This document shows, piece by piece, positions 52,053 through 64,000 of a stretch of 64,000 nucleotides of DNA; within the stretch, counting starts at the first letter, position 1, and every line of letters starts with the position of its first letter. The stretch covers positions 1,240,001 to 1,304,000 of the forward strand of contig NC_135262.1 of the NCBI RefSeq assembly GCF_964204865.1, in the 5' to 3' direction. Below the pieces are notes generated by a model. That model was not told where the DNA came from, made no database searches, and worked only from the letters and a program-made list of their open reading frames with translations. Origin of the DNA: Styela clava (taxonomy: Eukaryota). Position numbers and translations under genes: made by a program.

Positions 52053-52937
52053 GTTATATTACAGTCATAGATTATCAAAACGTCGTTCATGCACTTCAGA
52101 GCAGTGTCTTAACCTAAAAGTCCAAGTTCGTGTAGCGTTTTGAATGTTAATATCGTAAAGTTAATATGTTAATATCTGTTTTTGTAGCGAAACCCTGTAA
52201 TATACGACTTTTAGATTCTTTTTTGATGTTGCTACGTTTGTTTCTCAGCGACTCAAATTAACGATAACGATCAACATAAATTAGCCGTTCTTGTTTTATT
52301 TTTTTGTTCCAAGGATTGTAATCTTTATCTTTGCAGTTGTATCTTGTTGCTTCTAAAGAATTAAACCATGATCTAATGAAATTTCATAAATATTTCATAA
52401 ACAAGATTATTTCCTATTTTTGAGGTAATTTGCAGGGAATGTGATCTTTAAACAGATGGGACGAATAAGTAGAAAAGTTGAGTTTTTCAAGTAGGATATA
52501 AAACAAGTATTCCATTCTGTGTCGCACTTTCACTTGATAATTAAATTTGCTTCGTTTTCCGAAATTTCGACGGCTGATGTGACAATTTCTTTTTACACTA
52601 CTAAAGATTACACACATTGCCCACACTCAAATAAAAACAAAGAGTCGCAAGTCACTAGCACTGTCAGTGCTGGATTAACCATTAGCACGTGTTTTGGGCA
52701 CCAAGGCAAAGGAGGCATCACAGAAATTTTCATATAATTTTTTTTTTAATGATGCATCAGTGTTTATTGAAAAACAGACCTCAAAATTGGCCCTGTGGCA
52801 AGTTCTCGGGTAGCCTACCAGCTTAAACGTCCCTACTAATTTTTGTAAGTATGAGAGCTGTTGTAAATTAATCGTAACTTGCCCTCCATTAGTAAGGAAT
52901 ATCGAAACTTGCTTATTCAACTTCAGATAACATAGAA

Positions 52938-53429
52938 CAGGGTGGTCCAAACCCAGGCCCGCGGGCCACATGTGGCACGCCGCTTCATTATCTGTGACCC
53001 GCGCCGCATTCGAATAGTAATCAAAATATCCTCTTTTAAATTGCTTCTCATCAAATAAATCAGGAGAATCGTTCGACATATTGTTGTTATATCACTACTG
53101 TGACTGAATTGACTAGCATGATACTATGATGGCTAGCTGAAGCAACTAGCGAAGTTCAATGATGTAATGGGCAGTTTAAATTGTTACTTGGATTTCTATC
53201 GTTTTGGTCGGGAATATATGCTAACAATATAGGCATGATACAAAACTAAAAATCGAATGCGGATGCCATTAGCCTAGCTGGCAATGCCTGTTAACTATGT
53301 GTTTACTTTACACAATAGAAGTGCTTGTTTTTTACTACACTGTTTACCTATTCTTGGTACTATTGTGGCCCGCGACCAATGCCGAAATAATTTTGTGGCC
53401 CGCGGAGCCCACAACCTTGGACCAGCGTG
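52938..53429. mobile_element. hAT (Charlie-like) MITE, sibling of 29285-29767
   Basis: CAGGGTGGTCCAA terminus; perfect TSD ACATAGAA. Confidence 0.88.
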
Positions 53430-55278
53430 ACATAGAAAATCAGTTCATTATTACTTTTCATATATATAAGGCACCAAAGTCTTAAAGTGCTTATGGCCTC
53501 TAAAAGACATGATCCGGCCCTTGCGTGTGTGTTGCAGCTATACTTGTTGGGGGGGAATCATGTCTTATACTTGTTGGGGGGCAATATGACACATCTGTGT
53601 CTTAGACCAGTAGGGTCTTGAACTTGTATTCCATCCCATAATGAAATCGGTGTTCCATATTATCTGTGTTTGCCAATCTCCCAAAAATCTATAGTATGAT
53701 TGTAGTACGATGCCGACAAGCTATTGAACAATATGATGGCCACCACCCAGTGACGTGTCAAACTTCCCTGCTGCCCGGGGTGAGTTTCTGATAACAACGA
53801 CCCCTATTCCAAACTTCAAAAATAATTTGGGAATAAAAAATATATAGATGCTGTTAAACATGGGAATAAATAAATTAAAGGTGACGTGTCAAACTGAGTC
53901 AAGTGAGAGTAAAATATTGTAATATTGTTATTTAAATCATTAAACTAAGTAACAAACTTACCCTTACCCAAACGTGCTGCCCGGGGCGGCTACCTCTTTG
54001 CCCCCCTCCAGGCACGCCACTGCTACCACATTTACTCTCCCTCTTTTCACACAAAAAAGTCACACAAAAGTCCTGAAAAATCATCTTTTACAATAACGAA
54101 CATGATGGAAAAACTATGAATAAAATCGCTAACGAAAACAATGCAATGAGGGCGTGTACCAGTAAAAGTGGGCGTGACAGGCTCACATCACTAAACGTCA
54201 ATAAAGTACATCGTTATTTATGAAACTTTTTGCTCCAAACAAGACCTCGCACTAGCAGCCATTGTAGGATATATGATAAAGGCCAGGGGTTACGAGATCA
54301 GGTTAGGGAAAAGCCACAATACTAGGCAAAAAACGATTTTACTTTTTACTATAAAACTTCTCGTTCTTCCTGGTTTCATTGCTTGATAAGGTTATTTGAC
54401 GACAAGGGTGTTTTCACTTTGTTGAGCATGAATTGTTCGAACATAATAGGATTTGGAAACTATGAACCAAAATATCACTATAAACACAACTGGTATGATA
54501 AACAGGGTGCCATGACACCCATGAGTGCTAAAAGTTTGTTGTGTACGAGGAAAAACTAATTTTTTTGTGTGATCCAGCTAGATGTCTGGGCAAAACTGAT
54601 TTTAGAAAACTCTGTGTTCTTCCTAGTTTCATTGCTTAGATAGGTTATTTCACAGGGTGGCCCATCGACAAAAAATGTCACGCACCCTTAATTCACTCAA
54701 TTGCTTTCCCCCTAAATTTTTGTGGGCTAGTGAGATGTCTGAAGTTGGTTATGTGACCCACCGACAAAAAATGTTGCTACCCGTTCTAGAATGACCAAAT
54801 TCTTACTAGTTCCCCATATGACAACTCACCTCAGTCTCTAATCCCCCGAAGAAAATTACACTCTAGTTTGTTCGGTGTTAAAAACACTTCCCTATATAAG
54901 GCCGATTGTGGCCAATGTTTGAATTGCAACATTAGTGACATATTAAATGTTATTTGGCTCTCGCTAACAAAAGACCATTTAAAATAAAGCTTAATGGCAC
55001 TATTTGAGGGGTAAATTTCACTTTTGAAATTTAAAAGAATAACGAGTAAGAACCCCTGTTCTCGTAGCTACAAAGGTAGCTATTTTTTGCTGTGTGTTGT
55101 TTGTTCTATTGGTCAAAGTTTCAGTTTCTGAACATTGATGTCAATATGACCTTCAAGATTTCCATTGACCTTGATATTATTTTTTGTCTTATCAGCCATC
55201 TAGTGGTCAAACATTTGGGCCAAATGTTTGTATTTATTGAAATGACCTTGTAAAATGTCCTTGACCTTGTAATGACCC

Positions 55279-58200
55279 TCATTTGCTTTTTCTTCTCGAT
55301 CTGTATTCTCTTATTTTTCCAACAAAAACAGACTCAACAATTTCCGCACACTTTGCGAGAGCAGAGTCCGCTCCGTTGAACATTCGGCAGTTATCGAAAA
55401 TTAACGATATGTCCCCCATCAGCTCCGAAAGCAGCGTGTACGACGGTAGCTTGTTCATGACGGTACCAAGATCTTAAAATAAGTTTTATTTAGAAATTAC
55501 AGCCAATCAGAAAGAGATATCGAAATTTAAAATTGGAGCAGGAATATTGAAAAATCATATATATGATATCATATATACGCAGTTATTTAAGTTTCGATTC
55601 AATTTGGAATCTGGCACTCTGAATACAATCCGATATCAAACACAATATAAATAATTATGCGGACACGAGGTTATACATTTTTTAATCAAATCCGGACCCC
55701 CCTTCGCCACAGTTTTCAATTTCAATATATATATACATTTTTTTTTTGAAGATTGCAGATGGAGAGAGTTGAATCAAAATTTTCTCACAACGAGACTTTT
55801 TTTAATAGCTTCGAGTTTGAGCTTGATAAAAAGGAGCTTCAGAAATATGTGTATCAAGATGGCACACAACCTGAACATAGTATGCATACCAGGTTAGGGT
55901 TCAGGTTGTGCGCCATCTTGGTGCACATACTTCGAGAACTCCGATAAAAATATGGAAGGGAACTTACCCATTGGCTTCTTTATTACTTTGTAATAATTCG
56001 GGACTTCGTATTTACTGACTGGTTGAAGGAACGGCCAAGCCATCTTGTGGGCCTGAAAAAGTAAGTTTATAAAAGGGTATAACACAAGTGTTAGATTGGT
56101 TACAAGTCCCATAACAAAAGTGTTGTAAGTTCACCACTAGGGTAATCAATTGCAATCGGTTGAGTAAGGAGGTAAAAAATAAAAACATTACAAAATTTCA
56201 AACAAATACAGATACAAATGACTTGGTGAAACACTTAGTCGCGCCATTGTTTAGGCTTTCAAGTAGATGCAGGCACAAAAATTTTGGTTATTGAACTTGT
56301 GAAAAAAAACATGAAAAAATCTTTTATCTTCAGCTTAATTGATTCCAAATATTCAGCAGTTGGATATGGAAGAATTCTTTACTTTCAATTTTTTTTATTA
56401 TAACTCATCATAACACTTTCATATGACATCTGAACTTCGTGCCCATATGTTTAAGCATTGATCTCTTGTATTAATTATCAAATACTGGAAGTGGCACACT
56501 TACCCTTAGTGATCTAATAATCTTTGTTAAAGCAATATGGTCCGAAGGTGTGAGTAAATTTTCTGCAACGGCTGAGCTGGCACCCTTCTTCTTGTTTTTA
56601 CACCGAGGGCATGTGTAGAACTCTATCTTATCTGCGTCCTTTTCAGAGATTCCGACGCAATCACCATGATACCAATCTTGGCAAATGTCACAACCAATGT
56701 AAAACCTGAAATATGCCGCAACCAGTTAGATGCCATGACCATTCTGTGGCATCAAATTGATACCACGTTTATGTAAATCTTTCCATTGAATGCCATGTAA
56801 AGCATCAAAGCGGTACTGTGGCAGCAGAGCAGTGCCACTCACATGAGAGTATTCATGTAACTCCTACAAGATAACTGACAAGGCATCAAAGTAGTGCCGT
56901 GGTAGTATGAGAACGCCAGTAACTAAGAACCATTTTTCAACTTCAATATTATTTGATGCCATATAAGGCATCGAAACAATGTCATGGCAGAAAAGAAATG
57001 CCACTCACATAGAATCATCATACCAATCTACCAGACTTTTCAACAAATTAACATCAAAGGCATCAAAGCAATGCCTCGGCAGCAAAGTAATGCCACTTAC
57101 ATAGAATCATCATACGGTGTCCTACATATACAATACAGCTCTTGTGCAGGTTCTTCCTTTGCTTTTTGACATTCCTCACATATCCACTCATTCATTGACT
57201 TAGCTCGTGTCTCAGGGATGCCAACGCACGTACCATGGAACCAGTTAAGACACAGATCACAGCCGATGTAGAATCTGAAAAAAGTAAACGATAGGTTGAA
57301 TGTGGCACAGTCTAGCAAGCCAGGTCTCGTTCCCTCGACCAAAAATGGAAAGAGTACCGATAGAAGAGTTGCAAGTTTGCTCAAAGCAAGGTACCGAGCT
57401 CTCAACTAAAAGTGGAAAGAGTACTGATAGAAGAGTTGCAAGTTTGCTCAGAGCAAAGTACCAAGCTCTCAACTAAAAGTGGAAAGAGTACTGATAGAAG
57501 ATTTGCAAGTTTGCTCAGAGCAAGGTGTCGTGCCCTCAACTAAAAGTGGAAAGTGCACTTCACAGACTTGGGTAGGAATAAAACAAACAATAACACACTT
57601 ACTTTGTAGGATCATACTGCGTCTTACATATGCAGTATAGCTTTGTATCTTTCTTCTTAGATTGCGTGTTTATCATTTTCGTTTTTTTTGTTTCGGGAGG
57701 CGGGGACATAGTTTCGCGACGCTTCTTTATGATTGGTTGTTGATTTCCTTTGCCTTCTTTGATTGGTCGCTTTGAATTGTTCTCTGTCAAGACAGCACTT
57801 GTTACGATAGCGTTTCCTGATGTTTTCTTTGGTCGTTTAGAAACTGGTGCCCCTGTTGATTCGGTCACATTTCTGCGGTGTTTGCGTAAATCCTCACGAA
57901 GCTCGTTCTGATGAAATAGAAGAAATAAATGAAAAATTTAGGTTTAGAGCTTGATTTCAGTCTAATCTGTGCTTCACTTGCTAAAAATGACATAGGAATA
58001 GACATATGCAGGGGCGTAACCAGAAATTTTCAAAGGGGGGGTTGACATTTTTTTGCCAAGTTAGATCGAAACAGCTAGCGGAGTTCGATCGAACGCTGGA
58101 ATACGCATGTTTTTAGTAGTCTTAGGGGTCTAAAAAGTCTTTTAAGCTACAGAAAATTGCTATCTATGATACAGAAAAATGATTTTATATTTTTTACATT

Positions 58201-61200
58201 TCAAAAGGAGAGGGTTCGACACGCAAAAACAACCCCCTGGCTACGCCACTGGACATATGGTCCCAATTGCCAGTTGAATGACCTTCTCTGCAGAGAGCTT
58301 TTTGGCTGCCATATAGACAGCAGGTTAGGAATAAGGATGGATATATGGTCCAAATCGCCATTCGAATGCTTTCTCTGTAGAATGCTATTGGTATACGGGT
58401 AAATTAGGTACTTATATATGGTCATTTGAAATTTTAATGGCTCTCTTTGTGGAGGGCTATTAGGTTGCCATGTAGACAGCAGTTAGAAATAGAGGGCTTT
58501 ATGCTTTATCGCCTGCATTCAAACCAGTACCGGCTGTTTTATAGCCCGATGTATAGATATCAAACCCAATCTAATCAATTTCATTTCAGATCCCCTTATA
58601 CCCGGTGCGCCTTATGCTCCATTAAATATGCTGCTTAGTATAGAAATATGTAAATGCATGCTGTTAATTTGCTGAATATTTCAGTCTCTAAGTATGCATT
58701 GTATTGCCACGTAGTGAGCACTGTTTTGTAAAAACTTTGTGGACCAACACACATACCTTAGCAGCATGTGTTAAGTATTTCTCAACAACTGCTCTTCTCT
58801 TGAGAATATCTTGCTTGAGATGATCTCGATGTTTGTGAAGAATCTGGGTTTGACGGTTGTGGACTTTCATCTGTGGGAGTAAAGAAAAGTGGTTTTTAAC
58901 AGTGTATATGGTGTCTTTTTAAATTGCAAAGGGAATTTATTGATACCATATATTGTTTTGGCCCTCCCAGATGTATTAAATGAAGTAAAGATACTTGAAC
59001 ATTGCTGTTTAAAAAACAACAAACCTGATAAAGATGCAAAGATAAATTGAGAACTGACTTCATAACAAAATTGGGTACTGATTTCCGGGTTGTGCGCCAT
59101 TTTGGTGTGCATACTTCGGGGGTCCCAAAATTGAAATTGTAAAGAGATTTCATGGACACTCTGTATTAATTAGATGTTTTTCCAAGTGAAGAGTGGAATG
59201 TAGAGGGCGCTCCAGAGGTGTGTGTAATAATATAAAGATAACTAATTTCGTTCGCCTACTTTATACAATCACTTGGCTAACACAGACAGTCCCCGAACTC
59301 AAAATAGAACTAAACTAATGAAAATCAGAATAAAATTATGGCCTAACCCAAATCTGGTACACATACTATGGGAGTACTGTGGAGAGCGGACTTGGACTTT
59401 TAGTAGAGAAATTAATTTAATTGGCTTATTATTTCAATATTATTATACATGCATCTGACTGTGATCCTCTACACTTGACATCCAAACTACGACCAGTTGG
59501 TTGATTCAATCTGGCCCGCCTGATGCCGCCACAACCAAACTAAAACCAAATTTTGATGATTTAGCTAAAAAATAGCTCAAGAAATCTGTTTAAGTTTGTT
59601 GGCACGAGGCTTAGTGTTTCTACTTTTGCTTTTGCAACACTGTGAATATTGTTTACTTCAAACTTTTTATGTCACACTTACATGGCCGGCCAGTGTAGGT
59701 GCTGAAATATGGTCCAAAAACCTTGCCCACCCCTGCTCTACATCATCCTCTTCAGCTTTTCTTCCCCCCAAATGACCAAAAATAAAAATAAAACTATGTG
59801 ATTTCAACCTGTTCTGTTTGTTCTTTTCGTTCCTTCTGTTTCAGTAAAGCTTCCTCCCTTTTCCTTTTCCTGTTTTCCAGTTCTTCCTTTCTTTCTATTC
59901 TGTCCAGGATTGATTTCATCACTTGCATCACAACAGTTTGCCTGAAAAGATGAAAAAAAATTAATGGGGGGAATGGGGGGTGGAATTAAAAAAAAATGAC
60001 ACAAGAGTATACCCAGATGATACAGTGCCAGGAAAAAATAAAAAAAATTAGTGAGGGGGGTGGGGTGGAATTGGAGAAAAAATTACACAAGTTGATACAA
60101 GTATCTTCACTATATGTGAACATACACTGTTTGTTAAAATACAATGGTGCGCTTGAGATCCGGGGAGGGATAAAATTTTAGGGGGGGAGTTGAAAAAATA
60201 AGATGAGAATATACTGAGACGCTACTAGAACATTCACTTTATGTGGACACTGTCTGCCTTTAAGAACTGGGGAATTTGAGGGGTGAAAAAGTTGAATTCA
60301 TGTTTTATCAGAAAAAATCTGAGTGTTGAAAAGGGCCACACTGAATGGCTTAGCACTTGTTGGGCACCATCAACCATCACAACGTCCAAAATAAGATAAA
60401 TTAAAAATTGAGTAAGGACCGAAATTAACTAATTCTGTGTCTTGTGAATCAGTGGTTTACAAGCTTTTGAAGTTGTGCCCTCTTTTAGAACTTGTCAGAT
60501 AGTGAGGAAAAACATAGAATATGTGGATGGAATCACAATCTCTAAACAATGAAACTAGAATATCGGTTAGAAACCGAAGACCTATCGATCGAAGGTTAGG
60601 GGATCCCCCAAAACAGTGGTCTTACTCCATAGTGACACCGTGTGTCCCATCACTAATTAATTAATAACTCGCTAATTATGGGACATAATCCAACCAAAAT
60701 CAATAGGCTTCTGATCCGAGCTATGATGAATGCACATGCAAAATTTGGAGCAGATTCAACCTCGCTTTCATGAGATATCGCGTGCATCTAACAGACAAAC
60801 AGACATACATACAGACAAATACCTATCAACATACTTACCGATCTTAAGATCTTAAGTAAATCTAACAAATATATATTTTTTATTAGCTTAAAAAAATTGT
60901 CCTTCTGTGGCGCACTCTATCGTTTGAGAACCACTGTTGTGAATAGTAGCCCAAGCAAAACCACACTCACCTCATTCCCTCTTCTTTTCTGATCCTACTG
61001 AGAGGTTTCGGCCTCGGTCGCTCTACATTGTCATGACGATGTTGATGGTGGGAGGAGATTGTTGGAGTACGTTCTGCAGATTGTGGCCTGTTGTGCAAAT
61101 TAATTTTTGTTTGCATAGCTCAATTGCCGTTAGTGTTGGCCTTGTGGTTAAATCATTAGACATAAATAAAACATTGCAGGTTTGCACTTGAGTGGCATTA

Positions 61201-63833
61201 TGAAATTTTATATTTTCGTTCACTTATCAGTTTCTGCTTATATGGAGTATTGTTCGGAGTAAAAGGCATGTTTAATGTAGCGAAAAGAATGTATTCTCAT
61301 GCTCAAATCTCATGTTCCCCACCTCACAGAGGATGTTCCAAATTGGGTGGGAAATGTCATACCAGAAGAACCAAGTTCATTATAGGATGAATTAGTCTTT
61401 ACATGGTAAGTGAAAGTGTCTCATCGTAAAAAAACGAATTCAGGGACTGTATATAGCACTTATCGTATCAGTGCTGGCTTTCAACTCTTCTGTTGGTTCA
61501 ACTTTTATTCAAGTGATTAGAATCTTGCTTTACAAAAAGTTTATAAACCATTATATTCCCTTACTTGCTTCCCCATAATGGGTCTTTGTCTGTCATCAAT
61601 CGTTTCATTTCAGTATTTTTGTTCCTCCCTGGCATGAATTGATGTTTTTGGATTTGTTGAAGTCGTTGCGATAATGAGGCTGATTTGAGACTAACTTCAT
61701 TGACAGGAGGTGATACTGGAGCTGAAATAGAAAAAACATTGGTTATGACTATGAATCTAAAAAGGATTTAAAAAAATAAATTTTCGTTTATTTATCATTG
61801 GAAAAAAGAATTTTAATTAGGTAAGAAATATCTATGTATACTTTGGCTATTTGTAGTTGTGGTTAATTTCTGGAGGCAACAACAATAATTTAATTTTTAG
61901 GACTAGTGAAAAAGATGTGGGAAAATTAATGGAATATGAAGGTATCTTATCTCCTAGTGGTAAATTATGGCAGATTGACCTGTTTTTCAATTACTAATGA
62001 GTTATGTAATATTCAATACCCAATATGGAATTTCTCCTTTGTCTTGCCTAATTCATAGCCAATGTTAATTCAAAAATATATATAGTGACAGGAATATGGT
62101 CACACGACTAAATATTCCCATGACATCGAAGAGGTATCGAAACAATACTGAATGTGTCAGGCATTAATATAAATGAAATTTGATTTGATGTTTTAAAAGA
62201 TTGCTAATTAGACAAATGTGCACACTATAAAAATATTCACAAAATTTAATACATTTTTGGCGTATTCTAATCTTAGTCATATTGACTTGAATTGATTAGA
62301 TGTGTCAATCGGAATATACTGTCATGCGACGGACATAAGTTCCCTTCACTTCTGAGCGATTCCAAGCAGCTCTGGACACTTCAGTGGTTATTGCGATTTT
62401 GCTCAGAGATGAGTTTACTTTACTCCTGAGATTTTGGCATCCCTGTAGCCTGAATTCCAATAACTTTGCTCAGTGATGAGCACTTTACCTTGAGCGATTA
62501 CACATGGATTACACAGCAAATTCTCTAAAAAATAAAAGAAACACTCACTAGGTGGTGGTATAGTCTCAGAAATCAGCGTAAACAAGAACTTCTTGACCTC
62601 CCCGCCAACTCTAGTCTGCATCAGCTGTTGTCCTGATGAAGGAGTGACTTGGGATCCTGGAGGGATGAGCTGGATTTGCCCAATACCTGAAATACAAACA
62701 AGAAATTTCTTTTAAAAAACAATTTTTATCCTACTATTTCACTCTCGACAAGGCAATGTACAAAGGGTTTCTGAAGTCTTTGTACAGAGCTTGAACAGTG
62801 TTTGAAAGGACTGGACTTCTTTCTGTCCAGCAATTCATTAATTTTGTTTAAGTATTTGTCTGAATATCTATAATTTTTACTGTCTGGCCTAATGCCTTTT
62901 ATAGGAATAAGAATCGGAATTCACTCAAGGTTCGAGGTTTCAATGTTCTGTGGCTCTGGAGCAGAAGTCATTGCAATTTTAATAAACCAGCTCCCTAGCA
63001 CACTGCTCTTACTGGTTTATCGATTCTCGCTTCACACTGAAATGCACATTTTTTATCTTTTCTCATTCTGTATGTGCAATGTGTACTCAGCATATGTAAT
63101 TATAAACTACTGACTGGCTGTTCAGGGTATACAACTTGGGGTAAATGATTTGAGTAAGAATTTGAAGTGAGATCCATACCGAGTTTCTCAACCAATGCGC
63201 CTTGACCCAAAACTGTGTCGCCTACAAATTTTCTTGTGTCGCTTAATTTTTCAACAAAAACCTAAATGCTACTGTTAGTTTCTAGAAATTTTATTGTTTA
63301 TTATATATTTGTATTGAAGTGTTGCTAATACAATAGTAATTGTATAAATGGTAATTATCACAGCGTAAAAAGTATTTATTTTGTTTTGCTCAAGTAAAGC
63401 CACAATTTCAAAACCTCGCTGGGGACTAACCAGCAGGTTTTCCCACACTGATTTATTTTAGTCATTCAATTTTGCGGCCATGAAAGTACTGCATGCTATT
63501 TAGTATTTGAGCATATCTTGTGGTCGCCAGATTTTACAAAATTTATTTATTAGAAAACATGGGACAAATGGGACACAACATTTTTGAGACACCCCTCAAT
63601 GAATACTCAAAAAGACAAAAAATGAAAACCTACCAGTTCTCCCATTTCCAAGGGTAACAGACACACGAACGGGGGTTGCAGCCCCAACTTTCATCAACTG
63701 AGAGAGCTGTGATGTGGTTAGTTTGATCTGTGTTTGTTGACTCGGGGCTGGGGGCCTCGGTGCGATCGTTGCAGGGCTGGGTAACAATGGGGACTGTTGG
63801 TTGAACTTGATCGCATGGGAGCCATCACTCAAT
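55279..63833 (-). CDS. BPTF: BPTF / NURF301 (nucleosome-remodelling factor subunit), 3' portion. Exons, high to low: 63634-63833, 62549-62686, 61565-61721, 60971-61087, 59809-59941, 58757-58870, 57603-57907, 57101-57274, 56504-56705, 55968-56052, 55279-55472
   Basis: Phases compatible. GQIQLIPPG...QQLMQ...KFLFT; [14 protein letters not shown]...KRKREE; ILKRRA; [13 protein letters not shown]; two PHD fingers ([18 protein letters not shown]; [18 protein letters not shown]); bromodomain [12 protein letters not shown]...[11 protein letters not shown]...IFDNCRMFN; TGA at 55281-55279. Confidence 0.95.
56725..57115. repeat. Degenerate intronic tandem repeat that includes copies of a BPTF exon end and donor site
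   Basis: Recurrent TGCCA / GGCATCAAAG motifs; TGCCACT(C/T)ACAT at ~56833, ~56999 and ~57091. Confidence 0.7.
57334..57553. repeat. 67-bp minisatellite, about 3.3 units
   Basis: Unit starts at 57334, 57401, 57468 and 57535. Confidence 0.9.
58009..58251. mobile_element. hAT-like MITE
   Basis: CAGGGGCGTAACCAG ... CTGGCTACGCCACTG; perfect TSD GACATATG. Confidence 0.88.
60553..60859 (-). mobile_element. HINE-like element inserted in a hAT-like MITE (~60450-60936)
   Basis: Family consensus; flanks CAGTGGTTTACAA ... TTGAGAACCACTG. Confidence 0.72.
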
Positions 63834-64000
63834 CTGAAATTTAGAATTTTAAAATTGGGGAAAAAATTAAGTTTCTAAAAGAGCATCTCCAAAGCTGGGG
63901 GGGAGCATGTGGGGTTGCTAAGATGGAAAATTCTTGCTTAGTTTGCTTGCTTCAGTGGTTTTACCCACATTGCCGGGTGCTCCAGAATTGTGTGTACCAC

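Noticed and set aside
57334-57553. Regularly spaced repeats suggestive of a CRISPR array (also 39338-39768)
   Set aside because: Whole units repeat with no unique spacers; eukaryotic intron context; no cas genes.
59965-60200. G-run clusters in a BPTF intron (G-quadruplex candidate)
   Set aside because: Irregular degenerate repeat; nothing beyond composition supports a function.
62340-62525. Possible C/D snoRNA or extra BPTF microexon
   Set aside because: Box-like motifs are on the strand opposite BPTF and belong to a short degenerate repeat; the implied intron would be only ~24 nt.

Overview
AT-rich eukaryotic (animal) genomic DNA with many short GT-AG introns; an invertebrate chordate such as an ascidian is my guess, not something I can show. 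I rebuilt the gene models by hand from splice sites and reading frame. (1) 1-27.5 kb, + strand: a tandem array of divergent BTB-BACK-Kelch (KLHL-like, putative CUL3 adaptor) genes. It comprises a copy whose 5' exons lie outside the window (29-6830), a pseudogene (10561-16132), an intact 13-exon copy of 542 aa (18462-25760) and an orphan duplicate of the last exon (~26.7-27.5 kb). (2) 37463-51674, + strand: a 9-exon, 378-aa secreted protein with signal peptide, TSP1-like domain, tandem furin sites and a MIDAS-intact vWA domain. (3) 55279-63833, - strand: the 3' part of BPTF/NURF301 (two PHD fingers plus bromodomain). Introns and intergenic DNA are dense with non-autonomous elements: a fold-back mariner, about 9 DINE-1/HINE-like (Helentron-derived) copies, many hAT-like MITEs with 8-bp TSDs (some nested), SINE/LINE relics and minisatellites. 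The most notable items are Penelope-type minimal hammerhead ribozyme motifs in inverted cassettes upstream of and inside the TSP1-vWA gene, the furin-cleavable TSP1-vWA proprotein, the mariner whose catalytic half is replaced by an inverted copy of its 5' end, and the mosaic Kelch array. No database searches or folding programs were run.
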